Positions 1-8,450 of a stretch of 64,000 nucleotides of DNA are shown one piece after another. Every line of letters begins with the position of its first letter. The stretch's first letter is position 1. Both the position numbers and the translations under genes were made by a program. Source of the DNA: an uncultured Thermoleophilia bacterium (GTDB lineage: Bacteria > Actinomycetota > Thermoleophilia > UBA2241); NCBI GenBank assembly GCA_963702475.1, contig CAVPCT010000004.1, positions 288,001 through 352,000 on the forward strand, given 5' to 3'. Below the pieces are notes generated by a model that ran no database searches, was not told where the DNA came from, and was given only the letters and a program-made list of their open reading frames with translations.

Positions 1-300
1 GCGCAGGCGCAGCCACTCGGTGACTTTGAGGACGACGTCAAGCCGCATGGTGGGCTCGCCGAACCCGCAGAACACGACTTCCTCCTGCGGGCCATCGTCG
101 GCGAACGCCCACTCGACCGCGCTCGTGACCTCGTCGACGTCCGGCTCGCGCTCGAGCACGAGGTCGACGCCGAACACGCCGTCGGCCCACTCGCGCACAC
201 AGAAGCGGCAAGCGCACGAACAGCGGTTGGTGAGGTTCAGGTACAGCCCGTCACCGCCGCGGTAGGCGATGGTGCCGTTGGAGGACGGCGGCGTGGTCAT
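1..300 (-). CDS. TatD-associated-type radical SAM protein (5' part; runs off window start)
   Basis: Not in the ORF track. Manual translation from ATG at 300: MTTPPSSNGTIAYRGGDGLYLNLTNRCSCACRFCVRE...EPDVDEV...EEVVFCGFGEPTMRLD. Has CxxxCxxC plus the YLNLTNRC and VFCGxGEPT motifs. Confidence 0.85.
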   Translation of the reverse strand, partial: MTTPPSSNGTIAYRGGDGLYLNLTNRCSCACRFCVREWADGVFGVDLVLEREPDVDEVTSAVEWAFADDGPQEEVVFCGFGEPTMRLDVVLKVTEWLRLR

Positions 301-406
301 GAGGACGGAGCGGGGGGGCGCATGTCGGGGCTCCCGTGGCGTGCGGGGCGGCGGTTCGAGTATAGCAGGGTACAATCGATGGGCATGACCACCCTCCCGC
401 CCACAC

Positions 407-1447
407 GTGACTGATCTCCCCGGCATCGAGGCGATGCTCTACGAGCGCTTCGACGGCGGCGACGTGCTGTGTCGCGTGTGCCCCCGTCTGTGTCGCATCG
501 CGCCCGGCAAGAGCGGCGCGTGCCGGGCGCGCCGCAACTACGACGGCACCCTCCGGGCCATCACCTACGGGCGCGTGTGCAGCGTTGCGGCCGATCCCAT
601 CGAGAAGAAGCCGCTCTACCACTTCTTCCCGGGCACCACCGTCCTCTCGCTGGGCAGCGTCGGCTGCAACTTCACCTGCCGGCACTGCCAGAACTGGCAG
701 ATCGCTCACGCCGACCCGGCCGAGGTCGCGCGCGACCTGCGCGAACTGCCGGTGCGCAACCTGCCGGTGCTGGCCGACCACAACGACTGCCAGGGTGTCG
801 CCTGGACCTACAACGAACCGACCATCTGGCTCGAGTACATCCTGGACGGCGCCCAGTCGGCGCACGAGCATGGCCTCTACACCGTGATGGTCACCAACGG
901 CTACATCACCGAGGAGGCCCTGGACGTGCTCGGTCCACACATCGACGCCTACCGCGTCGACGTCAAGGGTTTCAGCGACGACCAGTACCGCGAGCTCTGC
1001 CGCATCCGCGACATGTCGCCGGTGCCGGCGGCGGCCGAGCGTGCGCAGAAGGTGCACGACTGCCACGTGGAGATCGTGACGAACGTCATCCCCACGTTCA
1101 ACGACGACGATGCAACGCTCGCCGGCATCGCCGGCTGGATCGCCACGTCGCTGGGGCCGGACACGCCGTGGCACGTGACCCGCTTCGTGCCGTACCTCGA
1201 CTTCGCGCACCTCTCACCAACGCCGGTCGCGACCTTGGAACGGGCGGTGCGCATCGGTCGCGAGGCTGGGCTTCGGTACGTGTACCTCGGCAACGTGCCG
1301 GGACACGAAGGCGAGAACACCGTTTGTCCCAACTGCAGACGGCTTCTGGTCCGCCGGACCGGCTATGCGGTTGAGGATGTCGCCCTGCGGGGAACATTCT
1401 GTGCGATGTGCGGGGCGAACGTGCACATGCGCACAAGTCTCAAGTGA
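407..1447 (+). CDS. amrS: AmmeMemoRadiSam system radical SAM enzyme (PFL-activase-like)
   Basis: N-terminal CxxCPxxC, DPIEKKPLYHF, GCNFTCRHCQNW, TYNEPT, YVYLGNV, C-terminal CPxC...CxxCG. Confidence 0.9.
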   Translation: MTDLPGIEAMLYERFDGGDVLCRVCPRLCRIAPGKSGACRARRNYDGTLRAITYGRVCSVAADPIEKKPLYHFFPGTTVLSLGSVGCNFTCRHCQNWQIAHADPAEVARDLRELPVRNLPVLADHNDCQGVAWTYNEPTIWLEYILDGAQSAHEHGLYTVMVTNGYITEEALDVLGPHIDAYRVDVKGFSDDQYRELCRIRDMSPVPAAAERAQKVHDCHVEIVTNVIPTFNDDDATLAGIAGWIATSLGPDTPWHVTRFVPYLDFAHLSPTPVATLERAVRIGREAGLRYVYLGNVPGHEGENTVCPNCRRLLVRRTGYAVEDVALRGTFCAMCGANVHMRTSLK

Positions 1448-1492
1448 CGCGGTGGTGGCGCAGCGGCGTCCCGAAGGCTAGGATTCGAGCCC

Positions 1493-1930
1493 GTGAGCGA
1501 CCTGCTTATGAACGAGTACGTGAAGATCGACCTCCCGGCCAAGGCCGAGTATGTCGTGCTCGGCCGCCTTGCCTTGGCCGGGGTGCTGCGCAGCGGCGGC
1601 TTCTCCGAGGACGCGGTGGCCGACCTCAAGCTGGCGCTGACCGAGGCGTGCTCCAACTCCGTGCGGCACGCCTACGACCACGATGAGGGCCAGGTCCACC
1701 TCGGGTTCACCATGTACGACGACCGTATCGTCATCGAGATCCGCGACGAGGGCGCCGGGTTCCACGAGGACGACGTCGACTGCCCGGAGTGCCAAGCCAT
1801 GTTGGGGCTTCCCGTGAGCGACGGCGGCATGGGCATCTCCATCATCCGTGCCGTGGTCGACGATTTCGACCTTCGCCGCGCCCACGACGGCGGCACGGTG
1901 CTCTTCCTCACCAAGCTGCGCGACCTCTGA
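1493..1930 (+). CDS. RsbW-like anti-sigma factor / Ser kinase (HATPase_c_2)
   Basis: LPAKAEYV, DLKLALTEACSNSVRHAY, DEGAGF, GGMGISII...VDD, GT motifs. Confidence 0.85.
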   Translation: MSDLLMNEYVKIDLPAKAEYVVLGRLALAGVLRSGGFSEDAVADLKLALTEACSNSVRHAYDHDEGQVHLGFTMYDDRIVIEIRDEGAGFHEDDVDCPECQAMLGLPVSDGGMGISIIRAVVDDFDLRRAHDGGTVLFLTKLRDL

Positions 1931-2111
1931 GCAACCGGCGCGCCCTGCGCCGCCGCCTCGCCGCTCCTGAGTCCCGCGCCTCTGCCCGCTTGTCGTGCGT
2001 GACCGCGCGCGCCGGTGGTGTCTGCTGGTTTAGGCGGGTCGTGGGCGCAGGCAAACTAGCTGACGAGGCGCCGTAAGGCGCCGTCTGCCCTCGGGCCCGA
2101 CGAGGAGGTCC

Positions 2112-4232
2112 GTGGTGACGCCACGGTTGCAGCAGTCCAGGTTCGCACGCGTGCTCTTCGACGAGGCGCACGGCGAGGCGTGGTCCATCCGTACCGACGC
2201 GGCGGCGCGCATGCGCCCGGACCACCCCGCCGCCGCCTCCTACGGCGAGGCCGCCCGGGAGCTTGGCGAGCGCGACTTCTCCGTTGCGGCGCACGAGTCG
2301 GGGCCGCTGACACCAGCGGTACTCGCGGGGACCGACGTGCTGGTCGTCGCACATCCGTCGGAGCCCGAGTGGGAGGGAACCCTTGGCGGCTCGCCGGTCT
2401 TCTCACCCGAGGAGCGGGCCGCCGTCGAGCGTTTCGTGGAAGGCGGCGGCGGCCTGCTCGTGCTGGCCGAGACCGAGGAAAAGAAGTACGGCGCCAATCT
2501 CAACGAGCTCCTGGCGCCATTCGGCCTCGCGGTAGAGAACACGACGGTGTCCGACTACCTCGGGTCGCCCGGTGCGCCCACCTGGGTGCCGGCCACCGGC
2601 TCGCCAGCTCCGCCGGACGCCGGCCTGCTCCACCGCGTCGACGATGTGCGGTTCTATCGGGCGGGGTCGCTGGCCGTGCCTCAGGGCGCCGCTGTGCTGT
2701 GTGCCGGGCCCGGCGCGGCACCCGCCGGCGCCGTCCTGCTGGCGGCCGTCCCCTACGGCCGCGGCCGGGTGGTGCTGGCTGCCGACTCCGACATCTTCGG
2801 CGACGACTTCCTGCGTCGTCAGGACCATCGGCAGCTCTGGCTGAACCTGCTCTACTGGCTCGCGCTGCCCGCCTTCGGGGCCACCGCGGCGCCGCTCACG
2901 TCCGCCGCCGCGGCCGATCCGGTCTGGGCCCGTCTCAAGGAGGCGACCGACGAGCTGCGGCTGCTGCAGGGCCCGCGCGGGGACGTGGACCTCTCGGTCG
3001 CGGACGCCGGCCGTGTCCGCGGACTCGTGCGTGACATGGCCGACGGCGTCCGTGGCCTGGCCGGCCGCTTTCCGCACCAGGAGGCGTATTTCCACAGCCT
3101 GGTCAGCGACCTCACCTCCTGGGCCGACGCCGGCTTCGGCAGACCTGACTTCGCCGCCTCGCTCGACGCCTTCCGTCCCGAGCGCGAGCGGCGCGACGGC
3201 GTGGAGCACCTCGTCGTGTTTCCTCTCTACACGCCCAACGGATCGCCCGACACGCGTTTCGAGGCGCTCCTCGTGCGCACACCGTGGCCGGGTTTCGTCG
3301 CCGAACTGGAGCGGACCGAGTTCGACAACACCAAGTTCGTGCCGGTCCAGCTCGTCGACCACACCCGCGGGTACGACAGCGAATGCGCGGTGCTGTTCCC
3401 CGAGACCGTGAGCCTCGCTCAGCGTCCGACCAACAACTTCGGCGGGATCTTCTGCGACCGCGAGTCGGCGCGTTTTCGCCGCGCGGTGACGGCGGCCGCC
3501 GAGGAGCTTCGCCTGGACCTCCCGCCTGACGCCGCCGCGTTGGTCGCGTCGCCCGGCCTCTCACTCGAGACGTTCATCATGTGGGACCTCATCCACGACC
3601 GCTGGCACAGCCACGGAGAGCTTCCCTTCGACCCGTTCATGATCCGCCAGCGGTTGCCGTACTGGATGTACGCGCTCGAGGAGCTGCGTGTGGACCTCGC
3701 TACCTACGGCAGCGCGGTCGAACTGGTGGACCGAGGCTTCCACTTCGCCAGGCACGTGCAGTACGCGATCCTGTTCGATCGCATCCTGCGCTTCCCGATC
3801 ACGGGAAGCCGTGTGCGCAACTACGACGGCCTCGGTGGGCAGCTGCTGTTCGCCTTTCTGCACCGGCGCGGCGCCGTGGCGTGGCGAGACAACCGTCTGA
3901 GCGTGGACTGGGACGCCCTCGACGATGCGGTAGCGCAGCTGCGCAGGCTGCTCGAGGACGTGTACCGGCGCGGGATCGACATGAGCAGGGTCTCGTACTG
4001 GGCGGCTGCGCACGACCTCGTCTCGGAGTTCGTTGAGCCCAACGTCGCCTCGCATTGGCGCCGGGAGGCGCGTGTGGTGACGGACGAGGCCGATCCGCGG
4101 GCCTGGGTCGACAGGGTGCTGCCCGATGAGTTCCCGCTCAGCACCTTCTATCTGTCGCTGCTGAGGAAGCTGGACGAGCGCGCGCAGCGGACGGCGGGGG
4201 CCGCCGCGGGCGACGGGCGGCGATCCGCTTGA
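2112..4232 (+). CDS. DUF6421-family protein with N-terminal VLFDEAH (DUF4350/GATase-like) domain
   Basis: N-terminal VLFDEAHGE...FVEGGGGLLVL...GRVVLAADSDIFGD; C-terminal HLVVFPLYTPNGS, GYDSECAVLFPE, FGGIFCDRE, WDLIHDRWHSHGELPFDPFMI, NYDGLGGQLLF, DEFPLS. Confidence 0.75.
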   Translation: MVTPRLQQSRFARVLFDEAHGEAWSIRTDAAARMRPDHPAAASYGEAARELGERDFSVAAHESGPLTPAVLAGTDVLVVAHPSEPEWEGTLGGSPVFSPEERAAVERFVEGGGGLLVLAETEEKKYGANLNELLAPFGLAVENTTVSDYLGSPGAPTWVPATGSPAPPDAGLLHRVDDVRFYRAGSLAVPQGAAVLCAGPGAAPAGAVLLAAVPYGRGRVVLAADSDIFGDDFLRRQDHRQLWLNLLYWLALPAFGATAAPLTSAAAADPVWARLKEATDELRLLQGPRGDVDLSVADAGRVRGLVRDMADGVRGLAGRFPHQEAYFHSLVSDLTSWADAGFGRPDFAASLDAFRPERERRDGVEHLVVFPLYTPNGSPDTRFEALLVRTPWPGFVAELERTEFDNTKFVPVQLVDHTRGYDSECAVLFPETVSLAQRPTNNFGGIFCDRESARFRRAVTAAAEELRLDLPPDAAALVASPGLSLETFIMWDLIHDRWHSHGELPFDPFMIRQRLPYWMYALEELRVDLATYGSAVELVDRGFHFARHVQYAILFDRILRFPITGSRVRNYDGLGGQLLFAFLHRRGAVAWRDNRLSVDWDALDDAVAQLRRLLEDVYRRGIDMSRVSYWAAAHDLVSEFVEPNVASHWRREARVVTDEADPRAWVDRVLPDEFPLSTFYLSLLRKLDERAQRTAGAAAGDGRRSA

Positions 4233-4957
4233 GCGCGGGCGGGGCGGGCGCCCTGACCGCCCTCGCGACTCGCTTCGGCCTGTCAGACGAGGCGGTGGCC
4301 GCACTCGCCGACTACGTGGGTCTCCTGCTCACCTGGCCCGGCAACGTGACGGGGCTCTCCACGCTCACCGAGGTGGTCGCCACGTTGCTGGGCGACTCGC
4401 TGGCGCTGCTCGACGTCGGCCATCTGCGGCTCCGAGAGCGCGAGCCGTGGGCGGACCTGGGCGCCGGCGCCGGGATCCCGGGCATCCCGCTGGCCGTCAC
4501 CGTGCCCGACGTGCACCTGGCCCTGCTGGAGTCGGCCTCGCGGAAATGCGCGTTCCTGCGCACGGCGCTTCAGGTGGCCGGCCTCGAGGGCCGCTGCCGG
4601 GTCGAGTGCGGGCGCAGCGAGCGCTTCGCGGCGAACGGCGCGCCCGGACGCGACGCCTTCAGCGTCGTGCTGGCGCGCGCCGTGGCGCCGCTCCCTGTGC
4701 TCGTCGAGCTCGCGGCGCCGCTGCTGGCCCCGGGCGGCGTGCTGGTTGCGAGCAAGACCGGGCGGGCGTTGCTCGACGAGGGCCCGCCCTCAGAGGCCAC
4801 CGCCGCGCTCTGCGGGATGGAGGCGCGACCCCCGCAGGCGCTGCCGCGCTCGCCGCTCGAGGACGCCGTGGCGGTGGTCTTCGAGAAGGTCGCCCCGACG
4901 CCCGAGCGCTTGCCGCGGCGCGCGGGCATGGCCGCAAAACGGCCGCTGCGGGGATAG
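4229..4957 (+). CDS. rsmG: 16S rRNA m7G527 methyltransferase RsmG (GidB)
   Basis: DSL, DLGAGAGIPGIPLA, LLES..RKCAFL, ARAVA, K...TP...PRR.G...K.PL. Confidence 0.9.
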   Translation: MSAGGAGALTALATRFGLSDEAVAALADYVGLLLTWPGNVTGLSTLTEVVATLLGDSLALLDVGHLRLREREPWADLGAGAGIPGIPLAVTVPDVHLALLESASRKCAFLRTALQVAGLEGRCRVECGRSERFAANGAPGRDAFSVVLARAVAPLPVLVELAAPLLAPGGVLVASKTGRALLDEGPPSEATAALCGMEARPPQALPRSPLEDAVAVVFEKVAPTPERLPRRAGMAAKRPLRG

Positions 4958-5020
4958 GCCGCGGGCGACCGGCGGCGCCCACCCCATCTGCTACTATCGG
5001 TACCCCGCGAAAGGAGCCCG

Positions 5021-5782
5021 GTGACCCGCGTCATCGCCGTGACCAACCAGAAAGGCGGCGTGGGAAAGACCACTACTGCCGTCAACCTCGCCGCCTGTCT
5101 GGCTGAGGCCGGCTTCGAGGTGCTCCTCATCGACATGGACCCGCAGGCCAACGCCTCCGCCGGCCTGGGCGTGAGGGCAGGCGACCCCCGGCTCACCAGC
5201 TACGGGGTCCTCGGCGGTGTCACGAGCGTCGCCGAGGCCACGGTGCGTACCGCCGTCGAGCATCTCCGGCTGCTGCCCGCGTGTCCCGACCTGGCCGGCG
5301 CTGTCGTGGAGCTCGCCGACGCCGACGGCAACGGGTTCGTGCTGGACTACGCGCTCACGACGCGCCTGGACATCTACGACTTCGTGTTCATCGACTGCCC
5401 GCCGTCGCTGGGCGTGCTCACCATCAACTCCCTCGTCGCCGCTCGCGAGGTGCTCATCCCGGTGCAGAGCGAGTACTACGCCCTCGAGGGTCTGGCGCAA
5501 CTTCTCGACACGATCGCCCTGGTGCAGGAGCATCTCAACCCGGAGCTGCGCATCCTCGGGGTGGTGGTCACCATGTACGACGGGCGAACGCGACTTGGGC
5601 GCGAGGTGGCCGGCGAGGTGCGCGAGAACCTGCCGGATCACGTGTTCCGGACGGTCATCCCGCGCAACGTGCGGCTGAGCGAAGCGCCGAGCCACGGCCT
5701 GCCGATCTCACGCTATGATGCCACCTGCGTCGGCAGCGACGCATACTTCGACCTTGCCAAGGAGGTCGTCTCCCGTGACTGA
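5021..5782 (+). CDS. parA: Chromosome partitioning ATPase ParA/Soj
   Basis: NQKGGVGKTTT, IDMDPQAN, IDCPPSLG, PVQSEYYALEG, IPRNVRLSEAPSHG. Confidence 0.95.
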   Translation: MTRVIAVTNQKGGVGKTTTAVNLAACLAEAGFEVLLIDMDPQANASAGLGVRAGDPRLTSYGVLGGVTSVAEATVRTAVEHLRLLPACPDLAGAVVELADADGNGFVLDYALTTRLDIYDFVFIDCPPSLGVLTINSLVAAREVLIPVQSEYYALEGLAQLLDTIALVQEHLNPELRILGVVVTMYDGRTRLGREVAGEVRENLPDHVFRTVIPRNVRLSEAPSHGLPISRYDATCVGSDAYFDLAKEVVSRD

Positions 5783-6740
5783 GAAGAAGGCCCTGGGTCG
5801 TGGGCTCGGGGCGCTCATCGGCGACAGCAGGGCGGCTCTGGCGCGCTCCAGCGTTGGCGCGCCGCGCGAGGGCAGGCTGCGCGAGCTGCCGCTCGCCGAG
5901 ATCACGGTGAACCGGCGCCAGCCGCGCCGCGTGTTCGCGTCCGAGGAGCTCGAGGAGCTGGCGGCATCCATCAAGGCGCTCGGCGTCGTGCAGCCGGTGG
6001 TCGTGAGGCCGCTGGACGACGGCGCCGACTCGGCGGCCGAAGGGCCGTCCGGGAGCGGCGACGCCCGTGCGACCGCCGCTCCGGGCTCGGGCGTCGGCCC
6101 GCGCTTCGAGCTCATCGCCGGCGAGCGCCGCTTGCGCGCGGCCACGCTGGCGGGCCTGGAGTCCATCCCCGCGCTCGTGCGGCCGGCCGATGAGGTCGCC
6201 TCGCTTGAGATCGCGCTGGCCGAGAACGTGGCGCGTGAGGATCTCAACAGCATCGAGGAGGCGCAGGCGTACGCGGCGCTCGTGGACGAGTTCGGCGTCA
6301 CGCACGAGCGCGTCGCCGAGCTCGTCGGTCGCAGCCGTGCGGCGGTGAGCAACCTGCTGCGCCTGCTCGAGCTGCCCGACGACGTGCAGCGCATGATCGA
6401 GCAGGGCGAGCTCAGCGAAGGGCATGGGCGGGCGCTGCTGGCTCTGCCCGGCCACGAGCAGCGCCGCAAGACGGCGCGGCTGGTGGCGTCACAGGGCCTC
6501 TCTGTGCGCCAGACCGAGGTTCTCGTGAAGAAGCTCGGCGAGGAGGCGACCGGAGGCGGCGCGCCTGCGGCCCGCCGGCCCGCCGCCGACTACTCCGACC
6601 TTGTCGACGAGCTCTACGGGGTGCTCGAGGCGCCGGTCCGCATCACCAGCGGCGCCCGCGGCGGCAGTATCCAGATCGCCTTCAAGAGCAAGGCAGAGCT
6701 CGAGCGGATCGTCGATCTGCTGCGCTCGCTCGGCGCCTGA
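5775..6740 (+). CDS. parB: Chromosome partitioning protein ParB/Spo0J
   Basis: GTG start overlapping the parA end; KKALGRGLGALI, QPRRVF, IAGERRLRA, ENVAREDLN, HTH GRSRAAVSNLLRLL. Confidence 0.95.
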   Translation: MTEKKALGRGLGALIGDSRAALARSSVGAPREGRLRELPLAEITVNRRQPRRVFASEELEELAASIKALGVVQPVVVRPLDDGADSAAEGPSGSGDARATAAPGSGVGPRFELIAGERRLRAATLAGLESIPALVRPADEVASLEIALAENVAREDLNSIEEAQAYAALVDEFGVTHERVAELVGRSRAAVSNLLRLLELPDDVQRMIEQGELSEGHGRALLALPGHEQRRKTARLVASQGLSVRQTEVLVKKLGEEATGGGAPAARRPAADYSDLVDELYGVLEAPVRITSGARGGSIQIAFKSKAELERIVDLLRSLGA

Positions 6741-6800
6741 CCCCTCCCGCGTGTGGCGCCCTCGGCGTCCCCGCGGTCGAGCGTCACTCCCGCGGACGGC

Positions 6801-7394
6801 TCACTGGGGCGCGGGGGTGCTCACCGACTCCGGCGCGCTGTAAACGTCTGGCGTCGCGTACGGGTCCGGCGACGGCGTCGCGGCCTGGTACGGATCGGTG
6901 GTGGGGTAGTCGGTGGTGGTGGGCGTGGGAGTCGTGGTCGCACCCGGCGTGGTGGTGGTCTCGCCGCTTGGCGTTGCACCGGGCGGCGTGGAGCCGGAAG
7001 GGACGTACACGACCGTGCCGTCCGCCAGCGTGTAGAAGGACCCCAGCAGCGTCCCAACGCCCTCAACGACGGCGCCGTTGTCGAGGTCGAGCCTCGTGAT
7101 CTGGTCGCCATCCTTCACGATCACCTGCATGGCCTCGGTGCCCGGGTCGGTGACGACTGTCATGGTGTCGTTCGTGAGCAGGCCCGTGAGACCGGCCCCT
7201 GTGAGCGCCGCGACGAGGAAGCCGACGGCCAGCACGAGGACCACGACCCAGAGATTGACGATGCCGTCGAGCGGGTCGCCGTTGCGGTCTGCAGTGCCGA
7301 CGCGGCGTCGGCGCATGTAGCGCAACTCCGACGCCGGAGCCTCGTACACGCTGCCGACGTCGTGGATGGCCGGGTGGTCGTCCGAGGCCGCCAA
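6801..7394 (-). CDS. DUF2149-domain membrane protein with Pro/Thr/Tyr-rich tail
   Basis: GDPLDGIVNL + TM helix, DPGTEAMQVIVKDG, GVGTLLGSFYTLADGTVVYVP. Start codon uncertain. Confidence 0.8.
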   Translation of the reverse strand: MAASDDHPAIHDVGSVYEAPASELRYMRRRRVGTADRNGDPLDGIVNLWVVVLVLAVGFLVAALTGAGLTGLLTNDTMTVVTDPGTEAMQVIVKDGDQITRLDLDNGAVVEGVGTLLGSFYTLADGTVVYVPSGSTPPGATPSGETTTTPGATTTPTPTTTDYPTTDPYQAATPSPDPYATPDVYSAPESVSTPAPQ

Positions 7395-7401
7395 CTCGGT
7401 C

Positions 7402-8450
7402 TCAGCGGCCGCCGGTCGAGCCGGCGCCGGGCGCGGCCGGCGGCTCCTTGTCGACCGGACCGAGGTCGGCGAACGGGTCGTCGTCCCGATGCCAGCTCAT
7501 GGAAGGGTCGTCGAACGTGAGCGGCGGCGCTTCGCCGGCCGCCGCTCGCGCCGGCGCCGCAGTGTCGACCGCCGGCGCGGTGGGGGCTCCGCCCAAGGCC
7601 AGTGTCTGCGTCGACTCCAGGTCGTCGTCGCGATGGTCGTGGCAGCGACCGTCGCCGGACCGTGTCCGTTGTCGGAGGCCACCGGCACAAGCGGCTCGGA
7701 CGGGACCTCGTCGAGTGCGGGCACGGCGAGGGGCCTCTCCACATCCGCGCTGTCTACTTCGTAGGCGACCTCCGGATCGGCGTCCCACACGCCCTTCTTG
7801 CTGCGCCTACGGCCGGACTCGAGGCGGCCGCTGCCGCCCTCGAGCAGCTCCAGGAGGTACTCCATGTCGGAGATGTCCTGAGAGTACATTCGGTCGCGCA
7901 CGATGCTGATGACGAAGGCGATGCCGCCGATGAGCAGACCGATGACGGTCACGGAGAACGCCGTGACCAGGTTCACCGAGAGCTCCTCCACATCGCCGCT
8001 GGCGAGCCCGACGAGGGCGGGCGCGAGCGGGATCAAGGTGCCCATGAGGCCCAGCATGGGGCCGATGCGCACGAGGATGCGCGTCCGCTCGAGCCGCTTG
8101 ATCGTGTAGAACTCGTAGTCCTGCAGCAGCTTGAGGGGCTTGGCTGCCAGGCGCTGTGTCTGGTAGTTGCGGATGAGGTCGAAGAGGAAGCGCGCGACGA
8201 TCAGCGAGTAGTTGTTCTCCTGGAGGTAGCGGTACGCCGTGCGCGGTTTGCCGTCTTCGAACGCCTTGCGTGCACGCAAGGCCCGGGCCTCGAGCGCCTC
8301 GATGTCGCGGTAGCGGAACCTCAGGTAGAGCTCGTACAGGAAGAACCCGAGCTCGACAAGCACCCAGATGAGGCAGAGGACTGCGGCGATGAGCACGGGC
8401 CACAGGAGCACCCGCGCGATGTCGTAGATGAGTTCCTGGAGACCGTTCAC
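7402..8450 (-). CDS. MotA/TolQ/ExbB proton-channel family protein (probable frameshift ~7640 in disordered tail)
   Basis: LERTRILVRIGPMLGLMGTLIPL...L..NLVTAFSVTVIGL. The ORF track frame ends at 7497; an acidic tail (DDDLESTQTL...DDDPFADL) continues in another frame to 7402, next to DUF2149. Confidence 0.85.
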
